DNA of 64,000 nt, taken from positions 7,378,001-7,442,000 of the forward strand of contig CATNEN010000034.1 in NCBI GenBank assembly GCA_950097015.1, given 5' to 3'. The translations under genes and the position numbers were made by a program. This document shows, piece by piece, positions 25,027-36,503 of this stretch (its first letter is position 1; the number at the start of each line of letters is the position of its first letter). The notes under the pieces are model-generated. The model did not search any database and was not told where the DNA came from. It was given only the letters and a program-made list of their open reading frames with translations. The stretch is from Macrostomum hystrix (Eukaryota > Animalia > Platyhelminthes).

Positions 25027-28000
25027 ATGGCGGCCTGTGAATCGGCTGCGCCGCCTTTCTCACCGTTGACGCTATTTGAATCGACCATCACCAACGCCCA
25101 GATGCTGCTGGAGTCCATGGCTGAGAGAGAATTGTTCACAGCCATGCGTATTGTCACCTGCCTGCACGCCCAGCTTCTCCAGGTGATGGAGCCAAGATTT
25201 GGCCGACTGTGCGATCGCAGCGACCAGCTGGGTCTGCTGATGGACGCGGAGCCGCCTGTAGCTAGTCGAAGCGGTGATCGGCAGCATCAGCAGCAGCAGC
25301 AGCAGCATCAGGTAGATCAGCCGAACCAGATGTACAGAGCTAAGACCGATCCAGATGGTGGAGATGGAATCCTTGGCGCTGCCCTGTGCGCCATCAAGGT
25401 GAGGCTGCTCAATCCATTGCTGCTAATCCCCATAGATTTCACAGGCCAAATCCCAATGTATTTCACTGGTCAAATCCCAATGCATTTCACTGCTCAAATC
25501 TCAATGGATTTTACTGCTCAAATCCCAATTTATTTCACTGGTCAAATCCCAATGGATTTTACTGGTCAAATCCCAATTTATTTCACTGCTCAAATCCTCA
25601 ATGGATTCCACTGCTTAAATCGCAAATGTATTCCACTGCTTAAATCGCCAATGGATTCCACTGCTCAAATCCTCAATGGATTCAACTGCTTAAATCGCCA
25701 ATGTATTCCACTGCTTAAATCGCCAATGGGTTCCACTGCTCAAATCCTCAATGGATTCCACTGCTCAAATCCTCAAAGGATTCCACTGCTCAAATCCTCC
25801 ATGTATTCCACTGCTTAAATCGCCAATGGATTCCACTGCTCAAATCCTCAATGTATTCCACTGCTCAAATCCTCAATGTATTCCACTGTTCAAATCCTCA
25901 ATATATTCCACTGCTCAAATCCTCAATATATTCCACTGCTCAAATCCTCAATGTATTCCACTGCTCAAATCCTCAATGGATTCCACTGCTCAAATCCTCA
26001 ATATATTCCACTGCTCAAATCCTCAATGGATTCCACTGCTCAAATCCTCAATGGATTCCACTGCTCAAATCCTCAATGGATTCCACTGCTCAAATCCTCA
26101 ATGGATTCCACTGCTCAAATCCTCAATGGATTCCACTGCTCAAATCCTCAATGGATTCCACTGCTCAAATCCTCAATGGATTCCACTGCTCAAATCCTCA
26201 ATGTATTCCACTGCTCAAATCCTCAATGGATTCCACTGCTCAAATCCTCAATGGATTTCACTGCTTAAATCGCCAGTGTATTCCACTGCTCAAATCCTCA
26301 ATGTATTCCACTGCTCAAATCCTCAATGGATTCCACTGCTCAAATCCTCAATGTATTCCACTGCTCAAATCCTCAATGGATTCCACTGCTCAAATCCTCA
26401 ATGGATTCCACTGCTCAAATCCTCAATGTATTCCACTGCTCAAATCCTCAATGGATTCCACTGCTCAAATCCTCAATGGATTCCACTGCTCAAATCCTCA
26501 ATGTATTCCACTGCTCAAATCCTCAATGGATTCCACTGCTCAAATCCTCAATGGATTCCACTGCTCAAATCCTCAATGTATTCCACTGCTCAAATCCTCA
26601 ATGGATTCCACTGCTCAAATCCTCAATGGATTCCACTGCTCAAATCCTCAATGGATGCCACTGCTCAAATCCTCAATGGATTCCACTGCTCAAATCCTCA
26701 ATGTATTCCACTGCTCAAATTCTCAATGGATTCCACTGCTTAAATCCCCAATGGATTCCACTGCTCAAATCCTCAATGGATTTCACTGCTCAAATCCAAA
26801 TGGATTTCACTGATTAAATCTCAATGCATTTCACCAATACAATCCCTCTCGATCCATGGGTGTAACTCACAGATTTACTTTCACTCTAAACTTTGTCCAG
26901 GTTGACCCAGACGACACCGATCGAACCAGTCGCCGCTCCCTTCGCCCGCTCGCCGATTCAAATCTCTGCGCTGGCGTCTCCCAAAGCGCCAACGCTTCAG
27001 CTTCAATCCTCGGCGCCGGACCCGACGATGACGACGAAGAGGAGCTGGAAGAAGAACTCGAAGAGGACGAAGAGTGCGTCATCATGGCCGCCACTGCCGC
27101 CGAGCAGGAGTTCTCGGCCTCGACAGCCTTCGGTGGCTACTCCCAACTGCACCATCATCCGCTCCAGCCAGCCGCCAAGATTGCCCGCTACGATTATTCC
27201 GCTCTAAGCGGCGCTTCCTCTTCCTCTGCCGGCGTCTCCTCGGCTATGCCAGCCGGGGATGTGCCAGCCGAATGCAAAACTGTCATGCGGCGGGCCTACA
27301 AGGCGCTGAAGGGTGCCGGGCCGCATCTGTTTGACTTTAGCCAGCCGTGAGTGAATCTGGTGGAACCCGTCGTTTTATTATTTGTTTATCTTCTTGTCAA
27401 AGTCCTCACCCTCTTGTCATTTCGTACGTTCCCGTTATTATTTCGATTTCCGTCTTTCCATTCCTCTCTTCCCATTCCTCTCTTCCCATTCCTCTCTTCC
27501 CATTCCTCTCTTCCCATTCCTCTCTTCCCCTTCATCTCTTCCCCTTCCTCTCTTCCCATTCCTCTCTTCCCCTTCCTCTCTTCCCATTCCTCTCTTCCCA
27601 TTCCTCTCTTCCCATTCCTCTCTTCCCCTTCCTCTCTTCCCCTTCCTCTCTTCCCATTCCTCTCTTCCCCTTCCTCTCTTCCCCTTCCTCTCTTCCCATT
27701 CCGCTCTTCCCCTTCCTCTCTTCCCATTCCTCTCTTCCCATTCCGCTCTTCCCCTTCCTCTCTTCCCCTTCCTCTCTTCCCATTCCTCTCTTCCCCCTCC
27801 TTCACCTCCTCCCTAGCGCCTTCATATTTTAAGTCCTTTCTGTTTTCTTTCTAATTTTCCTATTGCTCTTATTCCTGCCAAACAATCACCCGTGCATTAG
27901 ATTTGGCGCCGAGGTAAATCAACGCGTCGCGGCTCAGGTGATGACTAAAGCCAAGGAAATGTCCATCGGCAAGGGCTGGCCAGATGACGTTTGGCAGAGT

Positions 28001-28146
28001 GAGTACAGCGGTCTCAATGAGACCTATTTCATATAATCTGTTTATTGATGAATTATTGAGTAAGTCTTATTAGTACAATTGGCAATTTAATTTTTTCACG
28101 CTTACAGCCTGATTGTTCTGGAAACGTCGCAAGTCCCATTTCTCTC

Positions 28147-28178
<32 letters not shown>

Positions 28179-31100
28179 AGTGTGTTTGTGTGTGTATGTG
28201 ATTCTATCTTCTATTACCAAAATTGTCTAATAGCTATTTTAATTTTACTATTTTATTCGTTTGTTATTTATTCGATGCAAATCTGTTACTAAAAGTAGTA
28301 TGACACAAAATGACGCTCTTGTGCGTTATATGATTACTAGTTAATATAAAATTAGACGTATTCTTCTTCTAAATGACCATGGTGCCTGAAATAATTGGCA
28401 CTTTACTGCGAGTGTTGAAACTAATAATTCACTCAACCATGTATGACAGCTTAATTAACTAATTAATTTATTTTGTATCCATTAATTAGCTTGAGACCGT
28501 CTGTGTTGCGCAACATCAGCTAATTTAGCTTCGGGTAGTCAGTCACAGGAGCGTAAACTGACTTAAATTTAGTGAATTTATCACAGCTTCACAAAGTCGG
28601 CCTGTGAGCAGTGAATTTGTTATTGAGCAAATTGCATTTGCTTTCACACGCAGGCCTGCCAAAGAAGAGCAGATTAGACATGATCTTCCTCACCTTTAAG
28701 CACAATAATAAGCAGCGCAGCAGGTCGTTTGTAAGTGCTTTCAATTTGTAAATAGCTTTGGATTATTCTCATGTTTCTCATTCGTGTTATCAGACCGAAA
28801 CACATTATGGCTTTTCCAACTGCTTATTAAAGATGTGTGCTTCTATTTGCTGGCTTTTGAAGCAGCTATTTGATTTTCTATCGGTCATTTCAAACTGATC
28901 ATTTGATCAGCATTGCCATCTGGTCTGTTTGTCGTAACAATCTGATCTGATCTGGTCATTGGGTTAGTCATAAACAATCTGGTCATTGAATTAGTCATAA
29001 ACAATCTAGTCATTGGGTTAGTCATAAACAATCTGGTCATTGGGTTAGTCATAAACAATCTGGTCATTGGGTTAGTCATATCAATCTGGTCATTGGGTTA
29101 GTCATATCAATCTGGTCATTGGGTTAGTCATAAACAATCTAGTCATTGGGTTAGTCATAAACAATCTGGTCATTGGGTTAGTCATAAACAATCTGGTCAT
29201 TGAGTTAGTCATATCAATCTGGTCATTGGGTTAGTCATAAACAATCTGGTCATTGGGTTAGTCATATCAATCTGGTCATTGGGTTAGTCATATCAATCTG
29301 GTCATTGGGTTAGTCATAAACAATCTAGTCATTGGGTTAGTCATAAACAATCTGGTCATTGGGTTAGTCATAAACAATCTGGTCATTGAGTTAGTCATAT
29401 CAATCTGGTCATTGGGTTAGTCATAAACAATCTGGTCATTGGGTTAGTCATAAACAATCTGGTCATTGATTTAGTCATATCAATCTGGTCATTGGGTTAG
29501 TCATAAACAATCTGGTCATTGGGTTAGTCATAAACAATCTGGTCATTGGGTTAGTCATAAACAATCTGGTCATTGGGTTAGTCATATCAATCTGGTCATT
29601 GGGTTAGTCATAAACAATCTGGTCATTGATTTAGTCATATCAATCTGGTCATTGGGTTAGTCATAAACAATCTGGTCATTGGGTTAGTCATAAACAATCT
29701 GGTCATTGAGTTAGTCATAAACAATCTGGTCATTGAGTTAGTCATAAACAATCTGGTCATTGGGTTAGACTCTTGACACTTGACCCTCTTTGAATTCAGT
29801 TTTTATACTGAGTATATATTTTATCGCAATTAGTACTGTTTTGTACTTTAGAATTGTACTAGCTAAAACCTTGTGACGTTTTCAATTTTGCTTAATTAAA
29901 TTTTCTTTGATCGAAGAATAAAAGAAGACTGAGCAACAACAGGCAGTGAGCGCGAGCACAATTCAAAGTTGCTAGTTTGTGCATACCTGTCATTAAGTTA
30001 TTTATAATGATGAGGTGGCGATGGTTAGAACAAAATAAATGTCGAATTGCAGATCTGCCACCAGTCTGTAGATTGTCAACTGTGTTCTCTAAGCTGCGAT
30101 TTGATATTCGAAGAAATTACAAATTTAATGTAAGCTTTTTCTACTAGAGTCGATTGTTTTACTTTTATGTCCTTTTGGTTTTTTCTTTGTTTCCCATTTT
30201 CTTCCATCAGAGCAGCTTGTGACGTTTCGATCAGTCAGATAATCCAATAATGGATATTGTAAATCATGATTTTTTGACGCCTAAACACATTGAAATGGTC
30301 TATCTAAATTTGTAGGGATTGCCTACAAATATCGAATTGATGGCATTTTTAGTCACTTTCGCACCAAGGCAAAATCTAAATATCGCGAAATTGTAAGCTG
30401 GCTAAGTACTATCAGTACCATTCTGCTTGTTGTGTCACATCTTTATCTTTGCATTTCATTGATATTCAGATAGTCATTGAATAGGAAATTTAGATAGTCA
30501 TTGAATAGGAAATTTAGATAGTCATTGGATGGGATATTCAGATAGTCATTGGATGGGATATTCAGATAGTCATTGGATGGGATATTCAGATAGTCATCGG
30601 ATGGGATATTCAGATAGTCATTGGATGGGATATTCAGATAGTCATTGGATGGGATATTCAGATAGTCATTGGATGGGATATTCAGATAGTCATCGGATGG
30701 GATATTCAGATAGTCATTGGATGGGATATTCAGATAGTCATTGGATGGGATATTCAGATAGTCATCGGATAGGATATTCAGATAGTCATTGGATGGGATA
30801 TTCAGATAGTCATTGGATGGGATATTTAATGGTCAATGATTAATGTGCATTATGTAATTATTTTGCCCGTGGTTGCCGAGAAAAGGATCCTACCTATTTT
30901 GTCATCGCGACGTTTTCGTTCGACAATCAGTCTGAAATAGTGAAATTCAGACTGAATGTGACATTCAATTCAGGAAAAATCGGAGCCTGTACGCATGTCG
31001 CCACCTGAATGCAAATAATTACATTTTCAGAAATTCCCTACACATCAAAGCCAGTTTTCTTTTTTTCCAACTTTCGCGCCAAGATGCGGACCAAGTTTAG

Positions 31101-33608
31101 AAACATTGTAAGCTACCGGATGACAGAAACGGTTTAAATGCGAGTAGATGCTTTTCGTGGTGTCCTACTAACAGTAGAATGCATCAAAATACAATCGAGC
31201 GTATAAGGAAATGGCAAAGGGTGCAACCGGGCACTGTAGAAATTATATATAATGGAAGGTCACTGTAAGGACTAGGGCAGGATCATTACTCGTTGGCCAA
31301 GGAAGAAATACGAGACGACGACAAAGACGTACAAAGACGACAGCGGGTCGTAAAGTTATGACTCAGTACGGACATGCGACAATAAAAAGATTAGACGAGG
31401 AATAAGACAGGGGAAGAGACAAGATAGGGGAGAGATAAGTGAGTGGGGAGAGATGTGACAGGGAAGATATGAGATAGGGGAGAGATGAGACAGGGAAGAG
31501 ATAAGACAGGGAAGAGATAAGAGTGGGGAGAGATGAGTCAGGGGAGAGATGAGACACGGAGAGAGATGAGACAGCTGATAATATGAGACAGGGAAGAGAT
31601 GAGTCAGGGGAGAGAAGAGACACGGAGAGAGATGAGACAGTATAAGTAGGCCAGTTGCCAGATTCGAAAGCTTCAAAGGGGTGCATTGGTGTACGAGTAT
31701 GGTGCAGTGTTTTGAGAGTTCAACAAGCATCATGCCAGTGTTGAGTTTGAGCAAAAGGCTGACAAAAGCACGAATTGCCTTAAACAGAAGCTCAGCAGGC
31801 GCCAGCGCAGTTTCGAACTGGTTGCCACCAGCCTCAGCACGGACGAATTGGAGAAATTCCGCGTCATCCTGACTCGCGACTACACCAGCTCGGATGAGGA
31901 GTGCGGCTCCGGCGGCTCCGACCAGCTGCGGGTGCGCGAGCTGCCCTGGGAGTCTGATGAGGTCAGCAACTGTTGCTATGCTCTGCCACTCTTGCTCTTA
32001 TTTTATTTTGAGATTGAGATTTTGAGAATAAAATAATCCAATCTAGGATGGGATTTTGAGAATAATATAATCCAATCTAGGATGAGATTTTGAGAATAAT
32101 ATAATCCAATCTAGGATGAGATTTTGAAAATAATCGGCTTTAATTTGGGGTGAGATTTTGAAAATAATCGGCTCTAATTTAGGATGAGATTTTGAAAATG
32201 ATCGGCTCTAATTTGGGGTGAGATTTCGAAAATCATCGGCTCTAATTTGGGGTGAGATTTCGAAAATCATCGGCTCTAATTTGGGGTGAGATTTCGAAAA
32301 TCATCGGCTCTAATTTGGGGTGAGATTTCGAAAATCATCGGCTCTAATTTGGGGTGAGATTTCGAAAATCATCGGCTCTAATTTGGGGTGAGATTTCGAA
32401 AATCATCGGCTCTAATTTGGGGTGAGATTTCGAAAATCATCGGCTCTAATTTGGGGTGAGATTTCGAAAATCATCGGCTCTAATTTGGGGTGAGATATTG
32501 AAAATCTTCGGCTCTAATTTGGGGTGAGATATTGAAAATCATCGGCTCTAATTTGGGGTGAGATATTGAAAATCTTCGGCTCTAATTTGGGGTGAGATAT
32601 TGAAAATCATCGGCTCTAATTTGGGGTGAGATATTGAAAATCTTCGGCTCTAATTTGGGGTGAGATATTGAAAATCATCGGCTCTAATTTAGGATGAGAT
32701 ATTGAAAATCATCGGCTCTAATTTAGGATGAGATTTCGAAAATCATCGGCTCTAATTTGGGGTGAGATTTCGAAAATCATCGGCTCTAATTTGGGGTGAG
32801 ATTTTGAAAATGATCGGCTCTAATTTGGGGTGAGATTTCGAAAATCATCGGCTCTAATTTGGGGTGAGATTTCGAAAATCATCGGCTCTAATTTGGGGTG
32901 AGATTTCGAAAATCATCGGCTCTAATTTGGGGTGAGATATTGAAAATCATCGGCTCTAATTTAGGATGAGATTTCGAAAATCATCGGCTCTAATTTGGGG
33001 TGAGATTTCGAAAATCATCGGCTCTAATTTGGGGTGAGATTTCGAAAATCATCGGCTCTAATTTGGGGTGAGATTTCGAAAATCATCGGCTCTAATTTGG
33101 GGTGAGATATTGAAAATCTTCGGCTCTAATTTGGGGTGAGATTTCGAAAATCATCGGCTCTAATTTGGGGTGAGATTTCGAAAATCATCGGCTCTAATTT
33201 GGGGTGAGATATTGAAAATCTTCGGCTCTAATTTAGGATGAGATTTTGAAAATGATCGGCTCTAATTTGGGGTGAGATTTTGAAAATGATCGGCTCAAAT
33301 TTAGGATGAGATTTTGAAAATGGTCGGCTCAAATTTAGGCTGCGATTTATGTTGGACTCCAGTCCTTTTAATCCCCAACTGGGCCATTGGCACCCAAACC
33401 GCAGGTTAAGCGGCTGAAGCGCCAGCTGGACCAGGTGTACGCGGACAATTGCGCCACCACCAAACAGCGTCAGCAGCTGGCCAAGAGTATTCGCGATCCG
33501 ATGCGGGCCAGGTCCCAGCGACCGCCGCCTGAGGGCGCCCCGGACTGGGCGCTGAAGTCGGCGCCCGACTCGCCCTCAGGTGCTGCCGGGACTAAGCGAG
33601 TGGCCTGA
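25027..33608 (+). CDS. Paralog B, uncharacterised C14orf93/DUF4616-like protein; exons 25027-25398, 26901-27346, 27901-27998, one of four 77-nt exons, 31788-31961, 33405-33608 (456 aa)
   Basis: All junctions are GT-AG and phase-consistent; total 1371 nt = 457 codons with any one 77-nt exon; homologous to paralog A throughout. Confidence 0.85.
25415..26830. repeat. 25-bp minisatellite (ccactgctcaaatcctcaatggatt) filling paralog B intron 1
   Basis: Tandem units visible. Confidence 0.97.
27455..27800. repeat. 14-bp pyrimidine minisatellite (ttcctctcttccca) in paralog B intron 2
   Basis: Tandem units visible. Confidence 0.95.
28150..28200. repeat. (TG)n microsatellite
   Basis: Directly visible. 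Confidence 0.95.
28654..28730 (+). CDS. Paralog B alternative exon 4a: (S)LPKKSRLDMIFLTFKHNNKQRSRSF
   Basis: tttcacacgCAG|...|GTAAGT; 77 nt; phase 1->0; open frame. Confidence 0.78.
28945..29768. repeat. 27-bp minisatellite (tctggtcattgggttagtcataaacaa) between exons 4a and 4b
   Basis: Tandem units visible. Confidence 0.97.
30053..30129 (+). CDS. Paralog B alternative exon 4b: (N)LPPVCRLSTVFSKLRFDIRRNYKFN
   Basis: gaattgCAG|...|GTAAGC; 77 nt; phase 1->0; open frame. Confidence 0.78.
30316..30392 (+). CDS. Paralog B alternative exon 4c: (R)IAYKYRIDGIFSHFRTKAKSKYREI
   Basis: aaatttgTAG|...|GTAAGC; 77 nt; phase 1->0; open frame. Confidence 0.8.
30465..30825. repeat. 24-bp minisatellite (gatagtcattggatgggatattca) between exons 4c and 4d
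   Basis: Tandem units visible. Confidence 0.97.
31031..31107 (+). CDS. Paralog B alternative exon 4d: (K)IPYTSKPVFFFSNFRAKMRTKFRNI
   Basis: attacattttCAG|...|GTAAGC; 77 nt; phase 1->0; open frame. Confidence 0.8.
31278..31700. mobile_element. Degenerate hAT MITE, family 2, with an internal degenerate 16-17 bp GA-rich repeat
   Basis: Shares aaagacgacagcggg and a gcc.gatt...agcttc.a.gg segment with the 56534 copy. TIRs are eroded and no TSD was found. Confidence 0.65.
32015..33345. repeat. 34-bp minisatellite (gagatttcgaaaatcatcggctctaatttggggt) filling the last intron of paralog B
   Basis: Tandem units within intron 31962-33404. Confidence 0.97.
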
Positions 33609-33689
33609 AGTCTTCGATGACTATTTCGGACTTGGATTTTGTGGATAACAGGATTATTTTGGCTCTAGCTTGGATTAGGGTTGATTGCG

Positions 33690-34550
33690 GATTTGGTTTA
33701 TCACGGCCAATAGTTTAGTCTGACCTGGGTTTATCACAGCCAATAGTTTAGTCTGACCTGAGTTTATCACAGCCAATAGTTTAGTCTAACCTGAGTTTAT
33801 CACAGCCAATAGTTTAGTCTGACCTGGGTTTATCACAGCCAATGGTTTAGTCTGACCTGGGTTTATCACAGCCAATGGTTTAGTCTGAACCGAGTTTATC
33901 ACAGCCAATAGTTTAGTCTGACCTGGGTTTATCACAGCCAATGGTTTAGTCTGACCTGAGTTTATCATAGTTTAGTCTGACCTGGGTTTATCACAGCCAA
34001 TAGTTTAGTCTGACCTGGGTTTATCACAGCCAATGGTTTAGTCTGACCTGGGTTTATCACAGCCAATGGTTTAGTCTTACCTGGGTTTATCACAGCCAAT
34101 GGTTTAGTCTGACCTGGGTTTATCACAGCCAATGGTTTAGTCTTACCTGGGTTTATCACAGCCAATGGTTTAGTCTGACCTGAGTTTATCATAGTTTAGT
34201 CTGACCTGGGTTTATCACAGCCAATAGTTTAGTCTGACCTGGGTTTATCACAGCCAATGGTTTAGTCTGACCTGGGTTTATCACAGCCAATGGTTTAGTC
34301 TTACCTGGGTTTATCACAGCCAATAGTTTAGTCTGACCTGGGTTTATCACAGCCAATGGTTTAGTCTTACCTGGGTTTATCACAGCCAATAGTTTAGTCT
34401 GACCTGGGTTTATCACAGCCAATAGTTTAGTCTGACCTGGGCTTATCACAGCCAATGGTTTAGTCTGACCTGGGTTTATCACAGCCAATAGTTTAGTCTG
34501 ACCTGGGTTTATCACAGCCAATCGTTTAGTCTGACCTGGGTTTATCACAG
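33690..34550. repeat. 33-bp minisatellite (gtttatcacagccaatagtttagtctgacctgg)
   Basis: Tandem units; begins about 80 nt after the paralog B stop. Confidence 0.97.
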
Positions 34551-34879
34551 TTTTTGTGGGCTACTGTTGTAGTCAAAATTGCATTTTGTTTAGCTGGGTT
34601 TCGTGGGGGGTAATTTGGTTCTAGGGTCAGTCGATTCTGTGTTAGAAATGCTTTTAATTATTTTCATTCGATTCATTATAGCAGTTATTGTTGTTTTTTT
34701 AACCTATTTCGAAGCTAATCTACGAAATTAGTGTGTATGATTTAAGTTTTTTTATATTTACTATGTTTTTTGCTTGATAACCTGAATGATTGTGCAGCTA
34801 GCACTTGTCTAATATTATCATGTGTACTTGCAGTGCAGCTTCTTGTTTGTACCCACCCACTCATGCTAGCAAAGTAAAT

Positions 34880-35925
34880 ATTATCTACCAAATCTGTCTC
34901 CCTTCTATCCACCCATCTGTCTCCCTCTATCCACCCATCTGTCTCCCCTCTATCCACCCATCTGTCTCCCCTCTATCTACCAATCTGTCTCCCCTCTATC
35001 TACCAATCTGTCTCCCTTCTATCTACCAATCTGTCTCCCTTCTATCCACCCATCTGTCTCCCCTCTATCTACCAATCTGTCTCCCTTCTATCTACCAATC
35101 TGTCTCCCTTCTATCCACCCATCTGTCTCCCTCTTTCCACCCATCTGTCTCCCCTCTATCTACCAATCTGTCTCCCCTCTATCTACCAATCTGTCTCCCT
35201 TCTATCTACCAATCTGTCTCCCTATATCTACCAATCTGTCTCCCCTCTATCTACCAAATCTGTCTCCACTTAATCTACCCATTTGTCTCCCCTCTATCTA
35301 CCCATTTGTCTCCCTCTATCCACCAATCTGTCTCCCCTCTATCCACCAATCTGTCTCCCCTCTATCCATCAATCTGTCTCTCCTCTATCCACCAATCTGT
35401 CTCTCCTCTATCCACCAATCTGTCTCCCCTCTATCCACCAATCTGTCTCTCCTCTATCTACCAATCTGTCTCCCCTCTATCTACCAATCTGTCTCCCCTC
35501 TATCCACCAATCTGTCTCTCCTCTATCTACCAATCTGTCTCCCCTCTATCTACCAATCTGTCTCTCCTCTATCCACCAATCTGTCTCCCCTCTATCTACC
35601 AATCTGTCTCCCCTCTATCTACCAATCTGTCTCCCCTCTATCTACCAATCTGTCTCCCTTCTATCCACCTATGTCTCCCTTCTATCCACCTATCTGTCTC
35701 CCCTCTATCTACCAATCTTCTCTCCTCTATCTACCAATCTGTCTCCCCTCTATCTACCAATCTGTCTCCCTTCTATCCACCTATGTCTCCCTTCTATCCA
35801 CCTATGTCTCCCTTCTATCTACCTATCTGTCTCCCCTCTATCTACCTATCTGTCTCCCCTCTATCTACCAATCTGTCTCTCCTCTATCTACCAATCTGTC
35901 TCCCTCTATCTACCAATCTGTCAGT
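34880..35925. repeat. 23-bp minisatellite (atctgtctcccctctatctacca)
   Basis: Tandem units visible. Confidence 0.95.
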
Positions 35926-36503
35926 CTCTCCTCTGGTTCTGGTTCTGTTCCTTTATGCCGGTGCCAAGTCTATACCAGTGGCGGTAATAATGCCCTGTTA
36001 AGCATTAAAACTTCAGTCTTTAGTCAGTAGTCTGCAGCGTTCTATGCAATTATTATTATTCATAATCTTCATAAACATGATAAAATTGCACGTATTGTTC
36101 AACCGTTTTCCTACAGTTGATAATCTTACTTAATTCCTGTTTACGTGTTGACATTCTCATCTTAAATTAACAATAATTAGTTTAAAATCACTGCCTAGCT
36201 TATGTCGAAAACTTTCTCTAAAAATATACAAATTTCAAAGGCGCTGAATACCGCAATATTCTGCAGTTCAGTATGTTTTTAAATGTTAAAAATTCAAACA
36301 GTTAATAAAAATTGGCCTTTTCTCTTCGTTTGTACATTTTTACTATTGCTTTTTTAAAGCAAAATATACTACTTTCACTGCTTACAGTAGGCTATTAAAG
36401 ATGTTTTGAAATATGTAAATAAAAAAACGCTTGCGCAAATAAATTCGCTCTTTCAGCGCTGCTTGACGCCGAAGCAATTTATTTAAGAAAAGTCTGACAA
36501 TTC

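Noticed and set aside
31290-31380. Arg-rich reading frames as the missing exon of paralog B
   Set aside because: The sequence matches the interior of the hAT MITE at 56534, and better 77-nt exons exist.
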